This document shows, piece by piece, positions 13,550-25,403 of a stretch of 64,000 nucleotides of DNA. How positions within the stretch are numbered: position 1 is the stretch's first letter; each line of letters starts with the position of its first letter. Where the stretch lies: positions 10,106,001-10,170,000 of the forward strand of contig NC_092673.1 of the NCBI RefSeq assembly GCF_964355755.1, written 5' to 3'. The notes beneath the pieces are model-generated. The model was not told the origin of the DNA and searched no databases. It saw nothing but the letters and a program-made list of their open reading frames with translations. A program made the position numbers and the translations under genes. The DNA is from Antedon mediterranea (taxonomy: Eukaryota > Animalia > Echinodermata).

Positions 13550-15860
13550 GATGACAAATTTCGTTTTTGTAAAAGCACAAGTTAACGGAGTACTTACTCG
13601 AACGTTTCGATCTCTATCAGAGATCCTTCTCAACTGACTGCGGAGTGTTAATGCAGCTTGGTCATTCTTGACGTCATCTGTTGATGACGTTGTACGCCTC
13701 CGGTTGTAGGTTGGAGGTTGTGCGGGGCTCGGCCAGGTGATGTGTCTATCAAATCATTGTACAAATGCGAGAGTTCGTGGGCTCCAGTGTCCCGGTTCAT
13801 GGTCTTCTCTTTATTTCTCCTTATATGTAATGATTCTCTAATCTGTCTGTCTTTGCGTTTAGGCTCTTTGGTTAAGATGGTAGCCTCCCAGTTCGGTACA
13901 TGATTGTGTTTTATGACATGTTCTGTAATGGCAGATTTGTGTATGATCGAAGATGTGGATGTTCTGGAGGCCCTAGTCATTACTCCCCCCGTGTTTGTTG
14001 TAACATCTTTTTTGTGATCATTAATTCGTGTTTGTAATGCCCTCCCTGTTTCCCCAATGTAAACTTGTGGACAGTTGCGGCAGGTGACTTCGTAGATTAC
14101 TCCACATGTATCCATCTTCTCGATTTTATCTTTTGGGTGGACGAGGCTATTCTTGATTTTATTTTGGGGTAGGAAATAGGTTCCGACATTGTGATAGGAG
14201 AGAGTGCGTCGTATTCTTTCTGCCATTCCTTTTACATAGGGGATTCCTATGCTACCTCGCATCTTGATCTTTTCCTTCTGTGGTTCGTGTCCTTTGTTCT
14301 TTTTCCTTTTTCGGTTTTCCATAACTCTCTGGAAGGACCACTCTGGATACTGGCAGTTGTGTAACGCTTTCTTGATGTTATCCATCTCAACTTTCCTCAA
14401 ATCCATATCTCCCACTACCTTCTCAGCTCTGTCCACAAGCGTGTTTATAAGCCCCAGTTCGTGTTCGAGTGGATGATGTGAGTTGAAATGTAAATATTGG
14501 TCTGTGTGAGTGGGCTTCCGATAGACTGAGGTGGTAACTGTTCCATTGTCATTGAGTGTGATGAGCATGTCCAGGAAAGGTATTGTGTTGTTTGTCATCG
14601 ATTCTGTGGTGAACTTGATATTGTCAGTTATATCGATGTTATTAAGATGTGTGTTAAATGTATGTACTGTACCTATGGGGATGATAGCTAATACATCATC
14701 AACGTATCGTTTCCAATACACAGGCTTGATGTTAGTGGGTGCCGTGTTTATGGCTTGATGTTCGAGCCACTCTAGATACAAGTTCGCCAATATAGGACTT
14801 ATTGGGCTTCCCATAGCAATGCCTTGTATTTGCCTATAAATGTTACCATTGAACGAGAAATAGGTTTTGTTCACAATTAAACCGAGGAGCTCCATTATGT
14901 CTGTCACATGTAGTTTAGTTCTATCCAGAAGTGTCGGATCTGTTGTTAGGCGATTTTTCGTCCTCACTAACCAACTTACTAGACAGATTTACCACTCATT
15001 TTTCTCTTAAGATCTTACCGGATAAATCCTGTTCTTGATGTAAATCTCTAGCTGCGTTTTCTGCTTTGTTTTTCCACCACAACAGTTTGTTTTGTTGTCG
15101 TGATCGGCATTTTAAGAATTCCGCTTCACACACTTTGTTTACGTGATTACATACATTGGTGATGTCCCCTCCGTTGGGAATTAGCGATACGATTTCCTCA
15201 TTTAAATCTTTCTTTTTGCCTTCTAACTGTGTGATTTTGTTGGTGGTGATTCTTATTCTCTCACGTAAAAGCTGTCTTTCTGCATGTTTTATTATTTCCT
15301 CTGCTTTAGACGATTTGATCGGTCGATATAATTTCAGGCTCGGAGGGGTAATGTCCAACCGCTTACAATGAAGGGAGAATACCCGGTGATTTCTCTGCCG
15401 TGAAATTTTCTTCGCGATATTTTCCTGTTTGCGTACGATGTTGATGGTTTCTTGACCATATTTTTCTCTTAAATCTTGAAAGAATTTCATTTAGCTTCGA
15501 TTTTGTATAGATGACAAATTTCGTTTTTGTAAAAGCACAAGTTAACGGAGTACTTACTCGAACGTTTCGATCTCTATCAGAGATCCTTCTCAACTGACTG
15601 CGGAGTGTTAATGCAGCTTGGTCATTCTTGACGTCATCTGTTGATGACGTTGTACGCCTCCGGAGGCGTACAACCGGAGGCGTACAACGTCATCAACAGA
15701 TGACGTCAAGAATGACCAAGCTGCATTAACACTCCGCAGTCAGTTGAGAAGGATCTCTGATAGAGATCGAAACGTTCGAGTAAGTACTCCGTTAACTTGT
15801 GCTTTTACAAAAACGAAATTTGTCATCTATACAAAATCGAAGCTAAATGAAATTCTTTCA
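13550..15860 (-). mobile_element. Penelope-like retroelement (RT + GIY-YIG) with direct and inverted pseudo-LTRs
   Basis: GIAMGSPISP, RYVDD, VYRKPTHTD and GVIYEVTCRNCPQVYIGETGR; 13548-13703 is directly repeated at 15508-15663, then inverted at 15674-15861; 13-bp flanking duplication aaaaatgttcata (13537-13549 and 15861-15873). Confidence 0.92.
13648..14967 (-). CDS. Penelope-type reverse transcriptase / GIY-YIG endonuclease, C-terminal part
   Basis: 439-aa ORF with RT and GIY-YIG motifs; N-terminal part in ORF 14996-15490, with an apparent internal deletion between them. Confidence 0.85.
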   Translation of the reverse strand: MRTKNRLTTDPTLLDRTKLHVTDIMELLGLIVNKTYFSFNGNIYRQIQGIAMGSPISPILANLYLEWLEHQAINTAPTNIKPVYWKRYVDDVLAIIPIGTVHTFNTHLNNIDITDNIKFTTESMTNNTIPFLDMLITLNDNGTVTTSVYRKPTHTDQYLHFNSHHPLEHELGLINTLVDRAEKVVGDMDLRKVEMDNIKKALHNCQYPEWSFQRVMENRKRKKNKGHEPQKEKIKMRGSIGIPYVKGMAERIRRTLSYHNVGTYFLPQNKIKNSLVHPKDKIEKMDTCGVIYEVTCRNCPQVYIGETGRALQTRINDHKKDVTTNTGGVMTRASRTSTSSIIHKSAITEHVIKHNHVPNWEATILTKEPKRKDRQIRESLHIRRNKEKTMNRDTGAHELSHLYNDLIDTSPGRAPHNLQPTTGGVQRHQQMTSRMTKLH

Positions 15861-16869
15861 AAAAATGTTCATATTATTTTTTTGGGGGGGTTTCCCACTT
15901 TTATTTCAACGTCATTAACATTGTTTCACTCATTATGATTTTTACATATATAAATTATCTAATCATAATTGCTTACAGTATTCGGTATGCTACAAATGTT
16001 TATATCTTACTGAACCTACCTGTAATACATCGCAATCATGCTTGTACCAATTACAAACGATGACTCCGTTCTCACACATACTTATCAACAGCTTCATGAC
16101 TAAGAGAAGATGGCCCAATGATGATGTTGTCAGCAAGAACAAGATCAGTCATTACAACGGAACTCGAAATTTGGAAAAGGCAATCTGTGTGCAGTCTCTC
16201 TGACCAATGACCATTCCCCGTCATGAACGCTGTGCAAAGAAGTATGGCCTTCGTTGTTGCTCCATTGACTTTCAACGTCACATATCTCCCCACTGATATA
16301 ATACAACACCCTCTCAAAGCTGGCCACAGTGTTGTCTTGTAGGATGACATCTCTGGAGCTCTAGATTTCAATACCTGCTGCCCACGATATATCCTCAGCA
16401 TTGTAGCGGCTATATGTACAAGGAAAGACTGTGTTACTAGGTTATGCAGGATTTGATATTCACTCCCCCATGCAATAATACCCGAGTAATATCAAAGTTA
16501 AAATTAAGAAACAGTCATCTAAATAAACATTGCTGCAGAACAGCAGATTAATCTAAAATGTAAGTTACTATATAAGGAAAAGAGAAGTATTTTGGTATTG
16601 CTTATCTGCTCCAACTCTGTGGTGAATTACATTATTCTGAACTGCATCCCGATAGCAGGACTGAAGCCATTATGAAATGTATATTCACGTACAAACGATG
16701 GACTTTCTACAGTAACTTCTCCAATATCCAAGAAAACAACTGAATAATGTGGCTCATAAAAATCTGAAACAAATAATTAAGTGTCACAATCGAATGAATA
16801 AGTGCCAGACAACCTGTACAGTTTAATTTTGTTGTTAATGTTAAAAAATGTATTATTCTGGTCCTCAAG

Positions 16870-17056
16870 CTTAACTGAAAACTGAGGAAATTCAGATTAG
16901 GCCCTCCACGGACCCTCGACAGTCAGCAGATCAGCACACCAGGAGAGAGTCCCCTACCACGTTATGTGCACCGTTAAGTACACGGGACCAATGGCTTTAC
17001 ATCTCATCTGAAGGATGAGGCAATGAGAGTAAAGCATCCTGCCTAAGGAACCATGG
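16870..17056 (-). mobile_element. SINE fragment with Deu/Nin-like central domain
   Basis: Minus strand ccttcagatgagatgtaaagccattggtcccgtgtac resembles the conserved Deu/Nin SINE core; no tRNA head visible. Confidence 0.5.
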
Positions 17057-18099
17057 TGGTCTATATTTATAATTATTTTCTCTCAATCTATTAACAATTA
17101 TTGCGATGATTCAACAAATTGTTTATTAATATTAAAAATATAAAAATGATCAGCATTAATGACCAGATTAATGAGTGATAGAGCTGTTAATGTTAGTGTT
17201 CCCAACGATTATATAATCTTGTTAAGTTTCCAAAGAAGGAAAGAAGGAAAATAAAGAGAATCCTAGAAGTTTGGAGGACTGGCAAACAGTTTAGGAACAG
17301 TTTTCTCTATTTTAGGAACTTTATGCTCCACAAACAAATACAAATATTTAATATAACTCACAATATTAAAAAAAACTTACATACAGTACATAAACGTATA
17401 CAAGGTAGGTGTATGATCCAAGTATTTGACATATTGCTGCATGATGAAATCAATATGAAAAGAACGGTTGCGTTTTTCTCGACATTTCAATCAACATGCT
17501 GTGAACGCTGAACATCTTGCGACATAGCAAGACTTTCCCAATCAGAGCGATTATTGTTCAAAGTGTGCATAGACTTGTTTATTTTTGTTTTTTCATTTTC
17601 TATAATTTTGATGTGATTTTGGGTCGTCCCCTTAGTCTCTTAACTTTTCTCGTGGTTTGTTTCCTCGTATAGAGCTCTTTGAGTTGGGATATCAGAGTTT
17701 AGATGAAGTAGGTGTCCACATTATGACAACATACAGTATGTATTTAACAATTACAAACTTTATTTTGTATATGAAGACAGATTATGGCACTCCTCATCTT
17801 AGAGACTCAAAATACAAAGCCTGCCTTTAAAACTGATAGATGTTAAGTTTTAAGCTGTGGGTGCTCAAATGAAAACTATCAATGGATGTCAAAGGTTGAA
17901 AAAGCAATGCGTTGTCCAATTTCTAATCGATGACCCTGTTGTACACACATGTGACTGGATATTTGTTTAATTAATGTACAGTACGTATGCATGTATAAAC
18001 ATGCTTGTCTGCATCTCAAATTGAGAGGATCGGTGTGTGTAGCATCCAATAAGAATTTAGTGAAGTTCGAGAACTTGGGAAGAGCTCCGTGGATAAATT

Positions 18100-19810
18100 G
18101 AACTTATTTACCTTGATTTACCTTGATTTACCTTGATCTTGGACATCTAAAGCAATGCTTGTGGGTGGTGATTCCAAAATTTTTCTAGTCGGTTTTTAAA
18201 TTGATTAACATTTGCAGCTTCTATTACATCCTGAGGCAAGTTGTTCCATGTGTCGATAATAGAGTTTGTAAAAAATTTCTGCCGTATCCTTAAGTGAGTA
18301 CGAGGTTTGCTAATTTTCAAAAAGTGTCCTCTGGTTCTAGATTCAGTGGTTAACTTAAAAAAATCCTCATTGTTACATTTAGTGAAACCGTAGAACATTT
18401 TGAATACTTGAATCATTGCGGATCTCAATCTTCTGTATTCTAGAGTAGGAAGGTGCATTTTGGAAAGTCGTTGACTGTATTCATACTGACGTAAATCTGC
18501 TATCATTCTAGATGCACGCTGTTGAACCTTTTCCAACTTATCAGATTCTTTCAAAAAAACATGTTGCCAAACAGTACTGCAATATTCCATGGATGGTCTT
18601 ACAATCGATTTATACAGAAGAGATAAGGAGTGGCAGGATAAATAATCAAAAGACCTATATATGATGCCCAGCTTTTTATTTGCTTTCATAGCAACTTGAG
18701 CCACATGGGATTCGAAAGTTAATTTATCGTCAATTACGACCCCGAGATCTGTCATTTTGGTTTAAACAGCTTGTCAATGTCATCTTGTAACTTTTTGGCA
18801 TCATCTAAATTATTTATTTTTCTAAAAATCTTGGTGTCATCTGCAAAAATTGTTATCTCGGAATCTATTTGATCAGGAAGGTCGTTGATATACAAGTTGA
18901 AGAGCAGTGGTCCTAGAACACTTCCTTGAGGTATTCCACTTGTTACTCTTTTGCTGTTTGACCTAACACCATTTACAACAACTACCTGTGATCTATTAGT
19001 AAGAAACGCCTCTATCCACTGCACTAAGTTTCCTCCTATACCATATGCTTTCAGCTTGTTGATTAATCTTTTATGTGGAACGCTATCAAAAGCTTTCTTG
19101 AAATCCAAGAAAACGCAATCGAAACTTGAGCCTTCATCTAACCATTTGGTCCACTGATTTAGCGCTTCTAGTAGTGCTGTATTACATGACCTACCCGGCC
19201 GAAAACCATGTTGACTTTTGGTGAACAAATTGTTGCTTTCCATATAATCCATTATATTATTCCTAATGACTGTTTCCATAGTTTTACATACTAGTGAAGT
19301 CAGGCTCACTGGTCTATAATTCAAGGGTGTAGACTTATTTCCTTTTTTGAATATAGGTATAACGTCTGCGAGGCCCCAAGATAGGGGGATAGCTCCTTGC
19401 TTCATCAATTTAGTGAATAAATGCTTAAAGAGATCAGCCAATTGTAAACTTGTTTCCTTTAAGACTCGAGAGTTTATTTTGTCTGGACCAGGAGACTTAC
19501 AAATATCTAACTTATTGAGGTATTCCTCGATACCTTCCTTAGAAAAATGTACTATGTTTAGTACAATATCATCTACTCGTGGACTAAGTATAGGTATATC
19601 TTCAGTATTTTCAATTGTGAAAACAGATGCAAAAGAATCGTTTAGTAGATTAGCTTTATCAGTATCTTCTGTTACACTTTTGCCATTATTATCAGTTAGA
19701 GTTGGAATTCCAGATTTCTTTTTTGTTTTCCCTTTAACATACTTCCAAAAGTTTTTTGGATTGGTTTTGACATCTCTAGCTAGTTTTAGCTCAAACTCTG
19801 CTTTTGTTTT
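18100..19810 (-). mobile_element. 5'-truncated CR1-clade LINE inserted in the terminal exon of copy B
   Basis: YRPVSLTS, QHGFR, DFKKAFDSVPH, GIPQGSVLGP, FADDTK, SRTRGH; (tttaccttga)n tail at ~18107-18137; host exon sequence resumes at ~19841 (gcctattcatggtaac, cf. 2527). Confidence 0.9.
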
Positions 19811-22231
19811 ATTATTATTATTATATTTATTATTTTATTAGGCCTATTCATGGTAACAGTAACGTTTTTTGCTCTTAGAGTAAATACGATAGTCTACAAT
19901 TGAAGATGCTTTTAAAATTGGGGTAGGGGGAAGTATTAATAGAAGGTAGTGGGTTAAATAGAGGGAGACCTGCATTGAAAATTTGAAATGGACTGTAGTC
20001 TTCAAAAGAAGTTGCTCTTAGATTGGATACGTCACTTAGTCTACAATTGATGGTGATTTTAGAATTATAATGCAGTATTAAATAGAAGATGGTTAATTAG
20101 AGAGAGAACTGCATTGACAATTTGAAAATGACTTATAATTAATTTAAAAAATCACTAACCTTTGGAATCCAGATGTTCTGCAATATCCATTGTAAAATCT
20201 TCAATTAGATTAAACTGAACATCAAATTTCTCAAAAACTATTACTGTTGATCTGCGATTGATATGTGGAAAACACCCTCAATGACAGAAAACTCTGTTGA
20301 GTTGATACCTTAGCGTGGATGCGTTAATAAACAATGCTGAATTCCAAGAAGTATCCACTTCCCGACAGATTAATGGCAAGATCAGTGAAGTTGGACGAAC
20401 CATTGATTATATCTACAGTGTTGTTGCCGACGAGCTCTGCATCAGATACTCCTGGGCATTTTCCATGGATGTGAAGAACGTCCCAGATTTTGCACAATTT
20501 CACCCTGAAAAAACCATTGAATAATTCCTTTTTTTCCGTAGAATATTTGTATCTATGGTGTATTACCAAAGCTTGATAGCCTATATTGGAGTTCAGAAAG
20601 AATTGTGTTAAATCTACACTGGTATCCAATATAGAGATGCAAGGTTGAATCTCAAATAGCATCAGCCGTTGTAAACGTATACTCATTGTGCTTGGGAATT
20701 GATAGATGATTTCTACTCCTGGGTCACTAGACGCCTCTTCTTCAGCTTGCTTCTCAGAATACCTGTGAACCAATTAGTTATGTTGTTTTGTAATGATATA
20801 GACATTATGGTTATGTTTGCTGCAAGCCACACATGAGAATACAATTTAAGACTTTGGATAAGACGATACAAGCCAGTTCTATACTACAGTAACTCTACTT
20901 CAATTCATTACTTCTTAAAATGTGACTTGCGTTTTATTGACTGTACTTGGACCTCCTGTTGTATTTGTTGCTCTCACACCCCTTGTTGGGTCTTCAGCTG
21001 GGGAGAAGGATCGGTCATTGCTAATAATCTCAACTTCAAGACTCTTGTTCAAAGTACCGGTTTGTGCTGCTACATTAACAATTTCTGCTTGAAGGTTAAC
21101 TAACTTATCATGTTCAAGGGTTGAATTGCATGTAAGGAAGAAATATTAATTATTGTTTAGATATTAAAAGAATAGACAATGAAATAAAATTCAACTCATT
21201 TCTAAACACATGAAACTGAAAAAAGAAGAAATCTTGATAGATTATTTATATATAAAGATACTTTAATATGGTTAAAGAAAGATATTTACTTATTATATAT
21301 AGCAAACTGGCAAGATTGTCAACAAGATCTTCTTCATAGAAGTCATCAACATCAACAGGAGCCACACCAACGTCAACCATTATAACCCGTGTAGTGATGA
21401 TCTCAATTGGGTCACTACCACGTATAAGTATCCAAAGAGTCTGCCAATCGCGATCAAAATTGTTCTCGCCATAAATGCTGGAGTCATGAAACTGATCGTC
21501 TGGTCCATTTGGATCTTCTGGAAACCATATGAACATATCTCCTTTCATCCATGTTATTTGGCAAGACATAGCGACCTTGATGGTAGACATCTAAGCGTTG
21601 AGGATTGGCATACCAGATGTCGATAACTATTTTCTGATCAGGAGCTGTGTTCAGGAAATGAAGTCATAACGTTTGAGGATTCGTTGAACTCTCATATACA
21701 TCTCATAAGTCTCATAAATGTGCTGATGCGCTCTTGACATGTGTACCCATGACACCAGCCGTGACCTTGTGGTCCATTGATCAAATCAACATAACCGTTA
21801 GACCCAATGACGATTGGTGAAGACGTCGTACTTCTGTGACAGGATAAAGAAAACGGGATGCCACAATAAAATTGCGTGACCAGTCTCGGTGAGTGGACTG
21901 GTCTTGTTTTTTAAGAGTACAACTTTAATAGGAGGAAAGATTTAGGGAAGAATCAGTTTACAAAGCTAAAATTCAGCATTAAAGCAGACAACCAACCTTT
22001 ATGTGAACATTTTTCATCATAAGGAAATTTTCTACCATCGATGTCTGTAACCATCATGTTTGGAATTCTATAATCCTATAATTGTAAGTCCACGTCTTGG
22101 ATCTCACTCGTATGCAGAATCAGGAATCACATAACCAGGCTGTGATCCTCCTAGAATTCCACCATCTTCATCTCTTATCATTGCTTTCTTAAATGCATCA
22201 CAATCCATCTCCACGCAATCAGAAGGATTAA

Positions 22232-22628
22232 AGACCCCTTCCCCACAATTTAGGACGTTTTGTAAAAATAATACATATATATTACTTTATAAACATTAAA
22301 CCAGGTCATTCCTTGTCTTAAATGTACGTTTTATGGAAAATTATGTTAAAAAGTGAGAAACAATGCACTACCTAAGTAGCTCGCGGCGAATGACCTCTAG
22401 GGACAGTCTTTAGGCCTGAGTTTTGTAGGCCTATCTGGTAAACATCGGTAACGTACGAACATTGTAAGCAAGCTACATACCAGCCTGACGTTGTATAGTT
22501 GCTGCATTAATTGTCTTTCTATATTTGCCAGACTCCGTTAATATAAATTGGGGAAAACCCGGTATTTTTCGGTGAAAATTTAGGAGTCTTCCATTTGTTT
22601 TGGCCTCAAGATCAATCAAAAAGTGGGT
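22232..22628. mobile_element. Truncated DNA-transposon (Kolobok-like) fragment replacing an exon acceptor of copy B
   Basis: Absent from copy A (10330-10370); starts right after TTAA with agacccct; second end not recognisable. Confidence 0.45.
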
Positions 22629-24185
22629 GTACTAGGTTGATGAAAATAATGCAACTAGCAAGTAAGGATACACAATGATTTACAATTACGTAACTTAGAT
22701 AAATGCAAGTGGTCCATAGATATATTGGATAAATACTATTAATACTTACCCTAAATTTGGTATATGTATGTAAAACCTGTTCTCGTCTCTGACTGTTACC
22801 ATCTTTGTACCTACAGCGGACATTGGGTGGATACCATCATCAGTTGATGGATTGGTCATAATACCGTAATGATCTTTATTACATGCAGTATCGAAATGAG
22901 CGAATGTGACATCTATTGATAAGAAAGAGCAAAATACCTTGATTTGTAAATGTAGAAGTTTGTTGAAATATATTCATTTCGTACTAGCTGCATTATGGGA
23001 GTATGTTTCCATACGTGTTTGATCCAAAAAAATGACTGGGAATGACTGGGAATGAACTATTATTATTATTTAACCAAAAATGTATTCCGATATTAAAGAC
23101 ATATTTTATGATAAAACAGTACAAAGGTGAAAACTTGGATATAATGGCATTTTCATGTTTATCCAAATAAGCATTCAGCTTCATGTGTAAACAGTATGAG
23201 TATGCGTTTCCTGCAATAGAATTCAAACAGATGGCAGTTGTTGGTTTGTAAGTAAGGACTAGGTTTGTCCAAGTAAAGACCAGATTATGTCATGCTTTTA
23301 CATACCTTGCAATCTTGCGCTTCCAGCAAATAGCTGGGTAATTATGTATACCATGAAATGGAAAAAACGGAGCACCATTATCACCAGACATGAAATTTGC
23401 CCACACGAATCTATCATTTCCGTTCTCTGGACCACAAGGTGCATGCTGTTTTGCACTTTGACCTGCGTTCTCCGGTTGATTCTGAAATATTTACATGAAA
23501 ATTTTAATGGGAAAATGTAATATTATAATCAGAATTTATAAATTACGTGACTGATTACACAATGGAATGGCATTATCAGTACAAGTTAAGAAAAAGAAGG
23601 TAGAAGAGTAAGAAAGTCCTTTGACAAATTTCCTTTCGAGTGAAAGTCAAGTATGCATATACTGTATAATTTCTATACATTGATTTTATTTACCTGTAAT
23701 TCATCGCAATCAAAGAACAGGCTTTTACCAATTATAAACGATGACTCCATTCTCACACATACTTATCAACAGTTTCATGACTAAGAGAAGATAACTCAAT
23801 GACAAACGGCATCACTGATGTTGTTGTCAGCAAGAACAAGATCAGTCATTACAACAGAACTCAAAATTCGGAAAAAGACTCCATAATCCCAATTCTTCCA
23901 AATGCAGAAATTGGCAATCTGTGTGCAGTCTCTCTGACCATCCCCCGTCATGAACACTGTGCAAAGAAGTATGGCCTTCGTTGTTGCTCCATTGACTTTC
24001 AACGTCACAGATCTCCCCACTGATGTGGTACAGCACCATCTCAGAGCCTGCCACAGTGTTGTCTTGTGGGATGACATTTCTGGAGCTCTCAATTTCAATA
24101 CCTGCTGGCCACGATATATCCTCAGCGTTGTAGCGGTCTTGATATGTACCAGAAAAGACAGAATAGCAGATTAATCTAATGTAAG

Positions 24186-24984
24186 TGTAATGGATCGGAA
24201 AGCTTCCGAAGTTTCTTATATCTACATTATTGGTGGCGCAATATATTGCATTGCATTGCTATTGTTCACTACTGGTATTCGCGGGCGTATTTGCATATCA
24301 GGTGAATGATTATATTGAATAGGCTGCGTGAGCGTTGGTTCTGCAGAAGTTGTTTTAGTTGTTGTCTGAGTAAGACATGTTATATACTGTATTTCTTTAA
24401 AGTGTGGATTCTCGCCAATACTGTGAGTAGATATTTTCTATACAACAACCATAATGTTTTACAGTATTACTCCATGTGCATAACCGAGTTAAGTTGTTAT
24501 CGTTCATTATTTGTAACGACCATGAATTCACTGTTTAATAATTTCTCTTTGATAAAATACAGCTTTGTCTTATTAGATAGCATACATGTTGAAGTTAGTT
24601 GTATAACATACCATGTTGAAGTTAATTGGATAACTTACCAGGTTGACGTGATTAGTAGTATGAAATTGGTGTATTGGATCCAGGTATAAGTTCGTTAAAT
24701 GTTATATACAGTAATACTAATTGATAATTAGTGATGTGACCATATTGTAGTAAGCTTGCTTGTGATTGTTTTTATTGTTGAATTATATTACACTGCTGAT
24801 GCATAATAATTATGACGTTGTTTTATACAGGGTTTGTTGTTCCTGTTTAGAAAAATAAACGATACAGAGTAAATACAGCCTCATTTTGCGTATTGTTTCG
24901 TTGCATGGGATACATGGCTTCACAAACCAAACCTTAATGGTCTAAACCAAGCAAAACAATATTAAGGATTCCCGAACCACGACA
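24186..24984 (+). repeat. 5' LTR (799 bp)
   Basis: tgtaatgg...cgaca; nearly identical to 30388-31183. Confidence 0.95.
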
Positions 24985-24987
24985 AAT

Positions 24988-25005
24988 TGGCGTCACGGAC
25001 AGGAT
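24988..25005 (+). promoter_or_regulatory. Primer-binding site complementary to a tRNA-Ser 3' end
   Basis: tggcgtcacggacaggat 3 nt after the LTR; matches the 3' end of Ser(CGA)-type tRNAs (…ATCCTGTYCGTGACGCCA). Confidence 0.75.
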
Positions 25006-25403
25006 GGATGCAACGTTTCAAGCATTCCTGAAGGAGGATTGCGTTGTGTATTTTCAACAATTGTTTTACCAAACCCTGGATCGTGCATAAGACAAGGCGT
25101 ATTGGACAGATAAGATTAATTAACTTAATTTAATTTTAGAACGGAAGGTGTATGGTTTTATATATATTACAGAATCTTTGTTTCGATGGACATGGCAGTG
25201 TGTTTTTATTTAAGATGATATTGTGAATTGATGCTTATATGAAATATTGTTACTTTTGTATTACATTTACGATACTTGTTTTTTGTATTGAAACTCTGTT
25301 TATTGTAGTGTTTAAAGTATTTATAGTTACTATAATATTGTCACAAATTCACCTTCTGCAATGTCGCTAGGCCAATCTAAATCTGAAGCAGCTGCAAGCG
25401 GCG

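Larger units (their letters stand above)
2408..16765 (-). pseudogene. PKHD1L1: Fibrocystin-L (PKHD1L1-like) 3' half, copy A, frameshifted exons
   Basis: Exon remnants at ~16600-16765, ~16020-16430 (GEICDVESQWSNNEGHTSLH; VMTDLVLADN..GPSSLSHE..DKYV), ~10490-11145, 10290-10340 (VNPSDCVDMDCDAFK), 9495-9860, 8951-9113 (GSIIDF..), a TM exon ~2581-2688 (DDPPGLPIWAIVLIVI) and a terminal exon ~2408-2550; GT/AG boundaries visible; several frameshifts and stops. Confidence 0.8.

Noticed and set aside
15363-15938. Twin ORFs MRRISDRDRNVRV on opposite strands
   Set aside because: By-product of the inverted pseudo-LTR
24306-24689. 127-aa ORF repeated at 30508-30888
   Set aside because: Lies inside the LTRs and has no recognisable motifs; the duplication is explained by the LTR pair
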